Shown: piece by piece, positions 37,743 through 47,605 of the stretch
Numbering within the stretch: the first letter of the stretch is position 1
Layout: each line of letters begins with the position of its first letter
Source: an uncultured Candidatus Saccharibacteria bacterium
GTDB taxonomy: Bacteria > Patescibacteriota > Minisyncoccia > JBAYJV01
Direction: 5' to 3'
NCBI GenBank assembly: GCA_964577395.1
Contig: CAZNYQ010000006.1
Coordinates: forward strand, 7,155-71,154
DNA: 64,000 nucleotides
Notes under the pieces: generated by a model
What the model was told of the DNA's origin: nothing
Databases searched by the model: none
What the model saw: only the letters and a program-made list of their open reading frames with translations
Position numbers and translations under genes: made by a program

Positions 37743-39527
37743 ATGAGAAAAATATTTTTGTTTGTTTTTTTATTATTAGCAAGTTTTTGTTTGACTAATT
37801 TTTCTTTAGCTCAAGAGAAAATTACTAATTTTTATGTAACGGTTGAACTTAAACATGATAGCTCTGTTGCTATAGAAGAAGTTATTCAGTATGATTTTGG
37901 TGCTTCTCGGCACCACGGGATATATAGAGAAATTCCCGTTTCTTATCAAACTAGTAAGGGAAGACGCAGTATATCAATCTCTCAAGTTTTGGTAACTGAC
38001 AAAAATGATAATGAACTTCCCTCTAAAATTAGTTCAGAAGGTAAAAATTTAAAAATTAGAATTGGTGATCCTAATAAATACGTTTTAGGAGAAAAGTATT
38101 ACAGAATTAAGTATGTTGTTAAGCGAGCTATCAATTATTTTGATGATTACGATGAATTTTATTGGAATATAACAGGTAATGATTGGGATGTTCCTATTAA
38201 TCGAGCTTTTGCTAAAATAATCTTACCTGAAAGTATTCAAAGAAATAATCTTCAATTGGTTTGTTTTCAAGGCAGGCAAGGAAGCAAAGAAGAATGTAGT
38301 ATGATTACTCCAACAGGCAGTCAAAAAAATCAGATTAAAGAAATTATTTTTTCTCAATTTAGCTCATCTTTCAATGATCCAGGATTATCTAGACAAGAGG
38401 GACTAACGATAGTTGTTGGATTACCTAAAGGTATCTTAAAAGAGCCTAGTTTTTTTGAGAATTTTTTAAGCATAGTTTGGGATAATAAAATTGTTTTCTT
38501 ACCTTTGATAACCATTCTTTTTCTTTTCTGTTTTTGGTATAAAAAAGGGCGTGATCCTAAAGGAAGAGGTACTATTATTGCTCATTATGAAGCGCCCGAT
38601 GACCTAAGTCCTATTGAATTAGGAACGATTGTGGATGAAAGAGTTGACAGGAGGGATCTTTCAGCTGAAATAATACATTTAGCAGTTAATGGATATATTA
38701 GGATAAAGCGTCTTCAGAAAAAAACTTTAATTTTTAGCTGGGGAAATGATTATTTGCTTAAACAACTTAAAATAGGTGATACTTTAACAAAGGGTTTTCA
38801 AAGGGAACTTTTGGAAGATATTTTTAAAAAAGGGAAGCAATCAAAAGAAAAAGGAATTATTAGAGAAATAAAACTTTCAGAGCTTAAGAATAAGTTTTAT
38901 GCAGACAGTCAAAAACTAATAAGACTTATCTACAATAGAGTTGTGCAACAAGGCTATTTTGTTAAAAACCCTCGTAAGGTGAAGGGAACTTTTATAACTA
39001 TAAGTATTCTTATTGTTTTTATAGGACGTCCTTTCTTATTATCTATTTTATCCTCAACTGGCTTAATAGGAGAAATTAGTATGGCAATTTGCTCTATCGC
39101 TTTCTTTCTTTTCGGTTTAATAATGCCTAAAAAAACCAAGAAAGGTGTTCTTACGAAAGAGAAAATATTAGGCTTGAAAGAATATTTGGAAGTTGCTGAA
39201 AAAGCTAGAATAAAGTTTCATAATGCTCCTAAGAAGGATCCCCAATTATTTGAGAAACTTTTACCTTATGCTATGGTTCTTGAAGTAGAAAAAGAATGGG
39301 CAAGGCAGTTCGAGGGAATTTATAAAGGCAGTCCTTCTTGGTACGAAGACACAACATTTAATAGTTTTGCTCCTTTATATCTCATAAGTAGCATGCATGA
39401 TTTTTCTAAAAATACTAATGAAAATCTTTTTAGCTCCTCTCGAGGAGCAGCTGGTGGGCATAGCGGTTTTGGCGGTGGTGGTTTTTCAGGCGGTGGTTTT
39501 GGGGGAGGAGGCGGTGGTAGTTGGTAA
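37743..39527 (+). CDS. DUF2207-like membrane protein with a Gly-rich C-terminus
   Basis: Signal peptide, extracellular domain, 3-4 TM helices, a cytoplasmic domain and a C-terminal GFGGGGFSGGGFGGGGGG tail typical of DUF2207. Confidence 0.55.
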   Translation: MRKIFLFVFLLLASFCLTNFSLAQEKITNFYVTVELKHDSSVAIEEVIQYDFGASRHHGIYREIPVSYQTSKGRRSISISQVLVTDKNDNELPSKISSEGKNLKIRIGDPNKYVLGEKYYRIKYVVKRAINYFDDYDEFYWNITGNDWDVPINRAFAKIILPESIQRNNLQLVCFQGRQGSKEECSMITPTGSQKNQIKEIIFSQFSSSFNDPGLSRQEGLTIVVGLPKGILKEPSFFENFLSIVWDNKIVFLPLITILFLFCFWYKKGRDPKGRGTIIAHYEAPDDLSPIELGTIVDERVDRRDLSAEIIHLAVNGYIRIKRLQKKTLIFSWGNDYLLKQLKIGDTLTKGFQRELLEDIFKKGKQSKEKGIIREIKLSELKNKFYADSQKLIRLIYNRVVQQGYFVKNPRKVKGTFITISILIVFIGRPFLLSILSSTGLIGEISMAICSIAFFLFGLIMPKKTKKGVLTKEKILGLKEYLEVAEKARIKFHNAPKKDPQLFEKLLPYAMVLEVEKEWARQFEGIYKGSPSWYEDTTFNSFAPLYLISSMHDFSKNTNENLFSSSRGAAGGHSGFGGGGFSGGGFGGGGGGSW

Positions 39528-39550
39528 TTTATTAAATTAAAAATATTTTT

Positions 39551-39880
39551 ATGAATTTTGAAGAATATCAAAAAAAATCAAGAGAGACAGCTCTGTATCC
39601 TAATTTGGGTAATAATTTTATTTATCCCACTTTGGGCTTATGTGGAGAAGCTGGTGAAGTAGCTGAGAAAATCAAGAAAATTATTCGAGATAATCATGGG
39701 AAGATTAACCAAGAAAGAAAAGTAATGTTAGAAAAAGAATTAGGGGATGTTCTGTGGTATTTGGCTAACTTATCAACAGAATTAGATTTATCTTTAAATA
39801 ATATTGCCCATAAAAATCTTGAAAAACTTGCTCAGCGACTTCAGAAAGGAACAGTCCATGGTGATGGGGATAATCGTTAA
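39551..39880 (+). CDS. MazG-type nucleotide pyrophosphohydrolase
   Basis: GLCGEAGEVAE, an ELGDVLWYL segment and NI.HKNLEKL match the MazG domain. Confidence 0.75.
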   Translation: MNFEEYQKKSRETALYPNLGNNFIYPTLGLCGEAGEVAEKIKKIIRDNHGKINQERKVMLEKELGDVLWYLANLSTELDLSLNNIAHKNLEKLAQRLQKGTVHGDGDNR

Positions 39881-40190
39881 AGGCATATTTCTTTTTATTT
39901 TTTTTAAGTTATAATAAGATAAAAGGTCGAAATTTTAAGACACTTTTAAAGATATATTAAAATTTATGAAAAAACTTGGTTATTTAGGATTTTTAGGATT
40001 ACTAGGCCTTATAGGACTTAGTGCTTCTAATTTTTATTATCTTTTCTTTCTATTTTTTATTTTCTTCTTGTTTTTCTTAAGTAAGGGCAAAAAGGGCCAT
40101 AAAAAAACAAGTGAACCTGTCGTTGATACAAAGCCAGAAACAGAAGAACCAGTCAAACCAGAAGAAGAATAAATAGGAAATGAATCTTTA

Positions 40191-40222
40191 AAAGAACCAG
40201 TAAAAACTGGTTCTTTTATTTA
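40191..40222 (+). terminator. Rho-independent terminator
   Basis: Perfect 10-bp stem aaagaaccag/ctggttcttt with loop taaaaa and a T-rich tail. Confidence 0.6.
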
Positions 40223-40322
40223 TCTTGAAAAATGTTGACAAGTTACTAAGTGTGTGATAGGATACTGATAGTCTTAAGACTTATTTTTTAATAATTTGTA
40301 AAATTCATCAGATAATTAATTT

Positions 40323-41375
40323 ATGTCAAACAGTAATCCGAAGCTTAAGGAGGCTAAAGCTAAGCTACTTAAAGTTTTGCCAAAACGTTCGCGTGATGTT
40401 ATAACTCGTCGTTTTGGAATTAATAGAAAAAGAAAAGAAACTCTTGAATCTATTGGCCATACTTACGGTATTACTCGTGAGAGAGTTAGACAGATTGAAA
40501 ACGAAGCTCTTAAAATATTGCGAAAAAAAGATAGCTTAACACTTATCCAAAATTTATTGGATGATCTTGAAATTTTTATTTCAGAGCATGGTGGTTTAGT
40601 CAAAGAAAAAGATCTTTTAGAAGATTTTGTTATTTATATTGATCCTTCTGTCGATAAAATAAAATTCAGAGGCTTTATTTTGCTTTTATTAAATTTAAGC
40701 AAGGATTTTAAATATGCTCGGGAAAATGCAAAATTCCACAGCTTATGGTATACTAAAAAAAAGGCCTTGAATGAGGCAAGTTCTTTGATTACCGAACTTG
40801 TCAAGATATTTAAAAGAGAGAAAGCTCCACTTAGGGAAGCGGACTTAATTGCACGCTTAAAAAAGAATTTTCCTTTCTTCTCCCGTCAGGCTATTGTCTC
40901 ATATATTAATGCTTCTAAAACAATTGATCGTAATATCTTTAATGATTTAGGGCTAAGCAAGTGGTCTGAAATTAATCCTAAAGGAATTAAGGATAAAGCT
41001 TATCTAGTAGTCCAGAAAACACACAAACCCCTTCATTTTAGAGAAATTAGTGAGGCAATAAATAAGGCTAACTTTTCTAAAAGAATCGCTAATCCTCAAA
41101 CAGTTCATAATGAGCTTATTAAAGACAGTAGATTTGTTTTAGTAGGTAGGGGATTATATGCTTTAACGCAATGGGGCTATAGATCAGGTACAGTTAAAGA
41201 TATTTTAATTAATATTTTTCGAGAACAAAAAGAAAATGTTTTGCCAGAAGAAAAGCTCATTGCTTTAGTAATCCAAGAACGTTTTGTTAAAGAAAGCACT
41301 ATCCGCTTTAACCTTAAGAGCAATAAGGAATTTAAAGAAGTTCAAACTAAGCACTATACTTTGTTATTAAAATAA
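40323..41375 (+). CDS. Sigma-70 region-4-like HTH protein with a ~280-aa uncharacterised C-terminal region
   Basis: Residues ~20-70, RSRDVITRRFGINRKRKETLESIGHTYGITRERVRQIENEALKILRKK, match the sigma-70 region 4 HTH. No regions 2 or 3 are recognisable. Confidence 0.5.
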   Translation: MSNSNPKLKEAKAKLLKVLPKRSRDVITRRFGINRKRKETLESIGHTYGITRERVRQIENEALKILRKKDSLTLIQNLLDDLEIFISEHGGLVKEKDLLEDFVIYIDPSVDKIKFRGFILLLLNLSKDFKYARENAKFHSLWYTKKKALNEASSLITELVKIFKREKAPLREADLIARLKKNFPFFSRQAIVSYINASKTIDRNIFNDLGLSKWSEINPKGIKDKAYLVVQKTHKPLHFREISEAINKANFSKRIANPQTVHNELIKDSRFVLVGRGLYALTQWGYRSGTVKDILINIFREQKENVLPEEKLIALVIQERFVKESTIRFNLKSNKEFKEVQTKHYTLLLK

Positions 41376-41437
41376 TATATAATTAAACATAAGGCCTTTG
41401 TCTCTATTTTAATTGTGGGAAAAGCAGTTTAAGTTAC

Positions 41438-42862
41438 ATGAATCTTTCAGATAAATTAAACAGTTTACAGGCCTTTATGCAGCCTTATTGGGGATGGGTT
41501 TATCTTGCTATTGGGCTGTTTTTGTTTTTTAAACTTTTTGGTATTCACAAGAAAATGCGTAAGCGTTTTCATGATTTTTGGGAAGATCTTTTCCTCTCAA
41601 AGCTAGAATATTGTTTATTAGAAATTAAAATTCCTCAGGCTCTAGAAAAAACTCCTTTAGGAATGGAGCAAGTCTTTGCAGGGTTGCATGGAACAGCTAG
41701 AGGAGTGACTAAATTTGAAGTTGAAGTTAAGGGTTACCTTGAAAGATCGTATAGCCTTGAAATTGCTAGTTTTGAAGGCAAGATCCATTTCTATATCAGA
41801 ACAGAGAGAGAATATAGAACAACTGTAGAAGCATTAATTTATGCTCAGTTTCCCGAGGTAGAAATTCAAGAAGTTGAAGATTATGTCCAAAACGCTCCTG
41901 AAGTCTTGCCTAACAAAGATATTAAATTAGCAGCTGGAGAGCTTATTTTAGAAAAACCAGATCCTTATCCTATTAAAAGTTATGAAAAGTTTGAATTTAG
42001 GGCTGGTAAAGAGGCAGAATATGTTATTGATCCTTTTGCAGGTATTATGGAAGCAATGAACAGTCTAGAAGAAGGAGAAGAAATGTGGCTTCACTATGTT
42101 ATGGGTATTCCCATGTTATCAGATTGGCGCAAAGAAGGAGAGGTTTTAGTAAATAAGTTAATGGGGAGAAATCAGGACAAAGGCGGTTTGGGTATTATTA
42201 GAAAACTTATTCATGAGATTTTGGGCTTTACTCCTCATTTTTCAAGTCGTTTAGAACATCTAGCAATAGGAGGACAATATAAGATACCTGAAGGAACATC
42301 TTTAAAAGAATCTGAGAAGAAATCTGAAATGGAAATGGGTTTATGGAAATTATCTCCCGGAGAAAGAGAGCTAGTAGAGGCAATTGAAAAAAATATTTCC
42401 AAGTTTGGTTTTTACACCATGATTCGCTTTGCATATTTTGCTCCCCGAGATATTTTTTCTGCCAGCAAAGCAAGCACTCTTATTGGAGCTTTTTATCAAT
42501 TTAATGATAGATATCTTAATAGTTTTACCACCAATAGCAACCTTGGCTATACGGTTAAGAAACCATATTTCTGGAGTTATTTTATGAAATATCTTAAGGT
42601 TAATTATTATCTTTTCTGGAAACATAAAAAAATTCCTTGGAAACCTGAAATTTTACAATCAATTCGTATGCTAGAGATATATAAATACTTTCAGAATCGT
42701 GGTTTTGGAAAACCAGACAGAGGTCATAAAGGTATGCTTTTAAATACAGAAGAATTAGCAACAATTTTTCACTTTCCTATGAGATCAGTTCTAACGCCAG
42801 AATTGCCTAAAGTAGAAGCTAAAAGAGGGGGACCTCCTGCTCGTTTACCTTCTGAAGAATAA
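41438..42862 (+). CDS. Hypothetical membrane-anchored protein, upstream partner of the ATPase
   Basis: One N-terminal TM helix (YWGWVYLAIGLFLFF) and a large soluble domain. It is tightly linked to the downstream ATPase with a 21-nt gap. Confidence 0.45.
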   Translation: MNLSDKLNSLQAFMQPYWGWVYLAIGLFLFFKLFGIHKKMRKRFHDFWEDLFLSKLEYCLLEIKIPQALEKTPLGMEQVFAGLHGTARGVTKFEVEVKGYLERSYSLEIASFEGKIHFYIRTEREYRTTVEALIYAQFPEVEIQEVEDYVQNAPEVLPNKDIKLAAGELILEKPDPYPIKSYEKFEFRAGKEAEYVIDPFAGIMEAMNSLEEGEEMWLHYVMGIPMLSDWRKEGEVLVNKLMGRNQDKGGLGIIRKLIHEILGFTPHFSSRLEHLAIGGQYKIPEGTSLKESEKKSEMEMGLWKLSPGERELVEAIEKNISKFGFYTMIRFAYFAPRDIFSASKASTLIGAFYQFNDRYLNSFTTNSNLGYTVKKPYFWSYFMKYLKVNYYLFWKHKKIPWKPEILQSIRMLEIYKYFQNRGFGKPDRGHKGMLLNTEELATIFHFPMRSVLTPELPKVEAKRGGPPARLPSEE

Positions 42863-42883
42863 TATCAGATCTCTTCTAAATTT

Positions 42884-44542
42884 ATGAAAGATCAAATTAC
42901 ATCATTTGCAGAAACAAATTTTAGAAATAGACGTCGTAAGTTTGGTATTAAAACTGACGATCGTCGCCGTCATATGTATATGGTTGGTAAGACAGGTGTC
43001 GGTAAAACAACCTTATTAGAAAATATGGCTATTTCAGATATTAGAAATGGCAATGGCGTTGCTATCGTTGATCCTCACGGAGAATTTGCCGATAAAATGA
43101 TAGATTTTGTTCCTAAATCTCGTGTTAATGATGTAATATATTTTAATCCTGGTGATCTTCATTATCCGATTGCTTTAAATGTTATTGAAAGAGTTCCCTT
43201 AGAACAACGACACTTAGTTGCTTCTGGTTTAGTAGGTGTTTTTAAAAAGATCTGGGCTGATTCTTGGGGACCTAGATTAGAATATCTTTTAAGAAATACT
43301 ATTCTTTCGTTATTAGAATATCCAAATAGCACTTTATTAGGTATTATGCGTGTTTTGGTTGATAAAGAATACAGAAGTAAAATTATTGAGAAAGTAGAAG
43401 ACCCGGTTGTTAAAAGTTTTTGGCTAGAAGAATTTCAAAAGTACCCCGATAGATTTTTAGCAGAAGCTGTTTCTCCTATTCAGAATAAGGTTGGTCAGTT
43501 TTTAACTAGTCCCTTGATTAGAAATATTGTTGGCCAGACAAAATCTACTATTAATATCCGGGAAGTAATGGATGAAGGTAAGATATTGATTATGAATTTA
43601 TCTAAAGGTCGGGTTGGAGAGGACAATTCAGCTCTTTTAGGCGCAATGATGATTACAAGATTACAGTTAGCTGCAATGAGCCGTATTGAGATCCCTATGG
43701 AAAAAAGGCGTGATTTTTATCTTTACGTTGATGAATTTCAAAACTTTGCCACTGAATCTTTTGCAAATATTCTTTCAGAAGCTCGTAAATACCGTCTTAA
43801 TTTAATTTTAGCTCATCAATACATTAATCAATTAGAAGAGCCGGTTAGAGATGCTGTATTTGGTAATGTGGGTACTTTAATATCTTTTCGTGTGGGAGCC
43901 GAAGATGCCGAGTTTCTTGAAAAAGAATTACAACCTGAATTTAATGCAAGTGATCTTGTTAATTTAACCAAGTTTGATATTTATTTGAAACTTATGATTG
44001 ACGGTATTGCTTCGCGGCCTTTTTCAGCAACCACCTTACCACCTTATCCATATCCTGATAAAAATTGTCGCGACAAAGTTATTAGAGTAAGTCGAGAAAG
44101 ATACACATCTCGAAGAGAAGAGGTGGAAGAAAAAATATCTAAGTGGAGTGGTGTTGGAAAAAAGGCTCTTGAACTAGAGAAGAAAAAGAACAAAAAGAAA
44201 CTTTATGAAGCAACTTGTTCGTATTGTGGCAAAAAAGCCAAAGTTCCTTTTAAACCTGATAATACTAGACCTATTTATTGTGATGAGTGTCTAACAAAAA
44301 TTCAAGCCGGTGAAATTCAACCTTTAAAGACAATTGATGATATGAAAAAGAAACCGATTGAGAAAAAAAATTCTCAAGAAGAATTAAAAAAAGAAAATTC
44401 TAATCAAATAATACAAAATAAAGAAGCTAAAAAATCATCTCATCAAGAGAGAAGAACAGTCTCTCAAAAAGAAGAAGAAAAAAACCGGCAGGCATTGAGG
44501 AATACCCTAAAAGATATTCTTGCAGAAAGAGATAAAAATTGA
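42884..44542 (+). CDS. HerA/FtsK-superfamily (VirD4/TraD coupling-protein-like) P-loop ATPase with a C-terminal CxxC-x17-CxxC zinc ribbon and a K/E-rich tail
   Basis: Walker A HMYMVGKTGVGKTT, the family motif AIVDPHGEF, Walker B LYVDEFQNF and a LILAHQ segment. The zinc ribbon is CSYCGKKAKVPFKPDNTRPIYCDEC. Confidence 0.6.
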   Translation: MKDQITSFAETNFRNRRRKFGIKTDDRRRHMYMVGKTGVGKTTLLENMAISDIRNGNGVAIVDPHGEFADKMIDFVPKSRVNDVIYFNPGDLHYPIALNVIERVPLEQRHLVASGLVGVFKKIWADSWGPRLEYLLRNTILSLLEYPNSTLLGIMRVLVDKEYRSKIIEKVEDPVVKSFWLEEFQKYPDRFLAEAVSPIQNKVGQFLTSPLIRNIVGQTKSTINIREVMDEGKILIMNLSKGRVGEDNSALLGAMMITRLQLAAMSRIEIPMEKRRDFYLYVDEFQNFATESFANILSEARKYRLNLILAHQYINQLEEPVRDAVFGNVGTLISFRVGAEDAEFLEKELQPEFNASDLVNLTKFDIYLKLMIDGIASRPFSATTLPPYPYPDKNCRDKVIRVSRERYTSRREEVEEKISKWSGVGKKALELEKKKNKKKLYEATCSYCGKKAKVPFKPDNTRPIYCDECLTKIQAGEIQPLKTIDDMKKKPIEKKNSQEELKKENSNQIIQNKEAKKSSHQERRTVSQKEEEKNRQALRNTLKDILAERDKN

Positions 44543-44596
44543 CATTGTTTTTTTTATCATTTACAATGATTGTTAACTTTTAAATTAAGAAAAAAT

Positions 44597-44974
44597 ATGC
44601 AAGCTGTTATTAAAACTGGCGGAAGACAATATTTAGTTAAAAAAGGCCAAAAAATTAAAATTCAGAAGGTTGATCAAAAAGTTGGTACTTCGATTAATTT
44701 TGATAATATCTTTCTACTTTTTGACGAAAAAGAGGATTTTTTTAAGATTGGCAAGCCAATTCTTAAAGCTCAAGTGACGGGTAAAATATTAGAACATAGC
44801 AAGGATAAGAAAGTAACAATTTTTAAGTATAAGCCTAAAAAGAGATATAAAGTTAAGAAAGGTCATCGGCAACCCTATACTTTAGTTGAAATTACTAAAG
44901 TATCTCAATCTTCTTCTACTAAGAGTAAAAAAAATAGCCAAGCTAAGAAAAAACTTTCTTCTGGAAAAGCTTAG
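44597..44974 (+). CDS. rplU: Ribosomal protein L21 with a Lys-rich C-terminal tail
   Basis: MQAVIKTGGRQYLV matches the L21 N-terminus. The start is placed at the internal ATG at 44597, not the track's 44570. Confidence 0.8.
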   Translation: MQAVIKTGGRQYLVKKGQKIKIQKVDQKVGTSINFDNIFLLFDEKEDFFKIGKPILKAQVTGKILEHSKDKKVTIFKYKPKKRYKVKKGHRQPYTLVEITKVSQSSSTKSKKNSQAKKKLSSGKA

Positions 44975-44988
44975 TCTTTGATGTATTT

Positions 44989-45020
44989 AAAAAATATATT
45001 CTTACGCGAATATATTTTTT
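44989..45020. terminator. Bidirectional terminator between rplU (+) and recR (-)
   Basis: Perfect 12-bp inverted repeat aaaaatatattc/gaatatattttt with loop ttacgc. Confidence 0.55.
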
Positions 45021-45033
45021 AATACATATTTTT

Positions 45034-45660
45034 TTAATATTTCCTTCTTTGTAGAAAAGCTTCCTTAAGAGTGTCTTTGTCTGCGTACTGAAGTTCTCCT
45101 CCCGTAGGAATACCTCGCGCTAAACGACTTAAGTGCATCTGTGATTTCTTTAATTTTTCTTTTAAGTAATTAACCGTTAAATCACCTTCTCGGGTAGGAT
45201 TAATCGCTAGAATAAGTTCAGGTTTTTGCTTATTTTTTTCTAACTGTTGAAGGCGGTAAAACAATCTTTTAAAAGTCAGTTTTTGCATGCTTTTATCTTT
45301 GGGAGGATTAATAAGACCTCCTAATACATGATAGACACCGTTATAGAAGTGCATGTTTTCAATTTTTTCGATATCAGAAATTTTTTCGACAAGAAGAATT
45401 TTTGATTGATCTCTTTTAGGATCTTGGCAGATTTTACACAGGGAAGGCTTGCGAGAAGAAGATTTTTGGGCAATGTTATAACATTGCGAGCATAGAGTAA
45501 TATCTTTTTTGAGATGGCTTAAATTCTTAGCCAGCCTATCTATATCAGTTTTTGGTTGTTTTAGAAAGTGAAAAACATATCGGGTTGCTGCTCTTTCTCC
45601 AACACCTGGTAAGCTACTGAATGATTTAATAAGATTTTTAATAAGTTGAGGATACATCAA
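45034..45660 (-). CDS. recR: Recombination protein RecR
   Basis: HhH (LPGVGERAA), a C4 zinc finger (CSQC...CKIC) and a Toprim region. Confidence 0.9.
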   Translation of the reverse strand: MMYPQLIKNLIKSFSSLPGVGERAATRYVFHFLKQPKTDIDRLAKNLSHLKKDITLCSQCYNIAQKSSSRKPSLCKICQDPKRDQSKILLVEKISDIEKIENMHFYNGVYHVLGGLINPPKDKSMQKLTFKRLFYRLQQLEKNKQKPELILAINPTREGDLTVNYLKEKLKKSQMHLSRLARGIPTGGELQYADKDTLKEAFLQRRKY

Positions 45661-45717
45661 AATTAGTTAATTTTCATTTATATGTTACTTCTTAATATTA
45701 CTGTTTGCAATTAAGCT

Positions 45718-47163
45718 TTACATTGGTGGCTGTATTTCATCTGAAGGAAACTCAATCTCTTCTGCCTCACCGGGCCGCTTAGCCATAGATTCATAGGAAG
45801 CCCATTTTTCTTTGAAAACAACAGGAACATTTCCAGTAGGACCATTTCTATTTTTAGCAACGATAACTTGACCTTCGGGACTTAAACCAACTTCTGGCGG
45901 AGCTTTTTCTTCTCTGTAGATAAACATAACTACGTCTGAATCCTGTTCAATTGAACCGCTTTCACGTAAGTCAGACAATTTAGGGATAGAATAAGATCGA
46001 TGTTCAACAGCACGGGAAAGTTGAGATAAAGCTAACACAGGAACATCAAGCTCTCTTGCTAGAGCCTTAAGAGATCGTGAAATTTGAGAAATTTCTTGAG
46101 TTCTGCTATCTGTTTTAGTGGCTGGCTCCATAAGCTGCAGATAATCGACAATTATGAGGCCAAGATCTGTTTGGGCTTGAAGTCTTCTTGCCATTGCCCT
46201 CATCTGCAAGACATTGCTTGACATACCGTCGTCTATGTATATGGGAGCGCGCGAGAGTTGATCTAAACTTTGTTGGATTGCATCAAAATCATGATCGGCT
46301 AAGTTACCAGTGCGCAGTTTCCAAAGATCAATGCGGCCCCTCTTAGCGATAAGACGATCAACTAATTGATCTGTTGACATTTCTAGACTGAAGATACCAA
46401 CTGCTTTTTTTTCTTGAGAGGCAACATTTTGAGCAATATCAAGAGCAAGAGATGTTTTACCGATACGAGGTCTTGATGCTAAGGTAATTAAATCAGTTTT
46501 TTGCAAGCCTGATAAATATCTACTGTCAAGATCTTGAAAACCAGTGGCTACACCACGAAGTTTTTTATCTTTTGTTTGATGTAATCTATCAAAACGAGCA
46601 AAAGCCTCAGTTAAAGGTTCTTTAATAGAGGCAAATTCTTGAGTAAATGATTGTTGAGCTATTGAAAAAACTTTTTTCTCTGCCGCGTCTAAAATCTGTT
46701 CAATTTCAGCGTCTTCGTTATATCCTAATTGAGCTAAATAGAAAGAAGCGTCAATAATATCGCGTAGAACTTTCTTTTTAGAAACTATCTTAGCATAGCT
46801 ATATACATGGCTTGAAGTAGGAACTGCATTGACTAATCCAGCTAAATATGTTCTTCCTCCAATACTCTCTAATTGTCCTTTTTCCTCTAATTTAGCTGAG
46901 ACGCTAAGAAGATCAATTGATTCCTGTTGATTAAAAAGTTCTAAAATAGCAGTATAAATTAATTGATGATTTCTTTTATAAAAACTTTCTGATTTTAAAA
47001 AATCTCCTATTCTAATGATAGCATTTTTATCTATCATTAAAGCTCCTAGGACAGATTGTTCAGCTTCAATATTTTGAGGAGGAAGGTGGTTATCTATTGT
47101 TTGACTATTTAAAGCTTGAAGGTTAACATTGATATTATTATTTTTGTTAGCTTTTTTGTTCAT
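45718..47163 (-). CDS. dnaB: Replicative DNA helicase DnaB
   Basis: N-terminus PQNIEAEQSVLGALM and the RecA-like core (GKTSLAL, a DYLQL segment). Confidence 0.95.
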   Translation of the reverse strand: MNKKANKNNNINVNLQALNSQTIDNHLPPQNIEAEQSVLGALMIDKNAIIRIGDFLKSESFYKRNHQLIYTAILELFNQQESIDLLSVSAKLEEKGQLESIGGRTYLAGLVNAVPTSSHVYSYAKIVSKKKVLRDIIDASFYLAQLGYNEDAEIEQILDAAEKKVFSIAQQSFTQEFASIKEPLTEAFARFDRLHQTKDKKLRGVATGFQDLDSRYLSGLQKTDLITLASRPRIGKTSLALDIAQNVASQEKKAVGIFSLEMSTDQLVDRLIAKRGRIDLWKLRTGNLADHDFDAIQQSLDQLSRAPIYIDDGMSSNVLQMRAMARRLQAQTDLGLIIVDYLQLMEPATKTDSRTQEISQISRSLKALARELDVPVLALSQLSRAVEHRSYSIPKLSDLRESGSIEQDSDVVMFIYREEKAPPEVGLSPEGQVIVAKNRNGPTGNVPVVFKEKWASYESMAKRPGEAEEIEFPSDEIQPPM

Positions 47164-47246
47164 TAGTTTTAGTTTAGCAGAAAGCTTTTAATAAAAAAAA
47201 CTTTTTATATTTTTAATTGATTTTAAAAGGAATAAAGATATTTTTT

Positions 47247-47275
47247 TTGACATGGAATAAAAAAAATTTTATATT
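47247..47275 (+). promoter_or_regulatory. Candidate sigma-70 promoter
   Basis: TTGACA-17 nt-TATATT upstream of the 47350 ORF. Confidence 0.4.
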
Positions 47276-47349
47276 ATAAACATTTGAGGATAAAATACCT
47301 TTAAAATAGGATAAATTGTGGATAAGTTGTTAATAAATTATTAAAATTT

Positions 47350-47601
47350 GTGAAAAAAACTTTCTTAATTAAAATTTTATCAGATAAAGCACTGTTAACT
47401 TTGAAAAATCATCAAGTAATTATTAAACGTCAAATTGCTTCTGATAAAACTTTTTCAGAGAATTTTCTATATACTATAGATAAAATAATTAAAGAAACAA
47501 AGCTACAAGAATTACCAACGTTTAAGGTAAGTTGTAGTCAAAATGCAAGTGCGATCTCTTGTAATGTTGCCAAAGCAACTATTAAAGGATTAGAACAATA
47601 G
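47350..47601 (+). CDS. Hypothetical small protein
   Basis: 83-aa ORF directly preceding, and probably co-transcribed with, the ATPase. Confidence 0.35.
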   Translation: MKKTFLIKILSDKALLTLKNHQVIIKRQIASDKTFSENFLYTIDKIIKETKLQELPTFKVSCSQNASAISCNVAKATIKGLEQ

Positions 47602-47605
47602 ATTT

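Noticed and set aside
39966-40172. 68-aa hydrophobic ORF after mazG
   Set aside because: There is no SD and the composition is poly-Phe/Leu typical of AT-rich frame noise. It is given low confidence and is mentioned only here.
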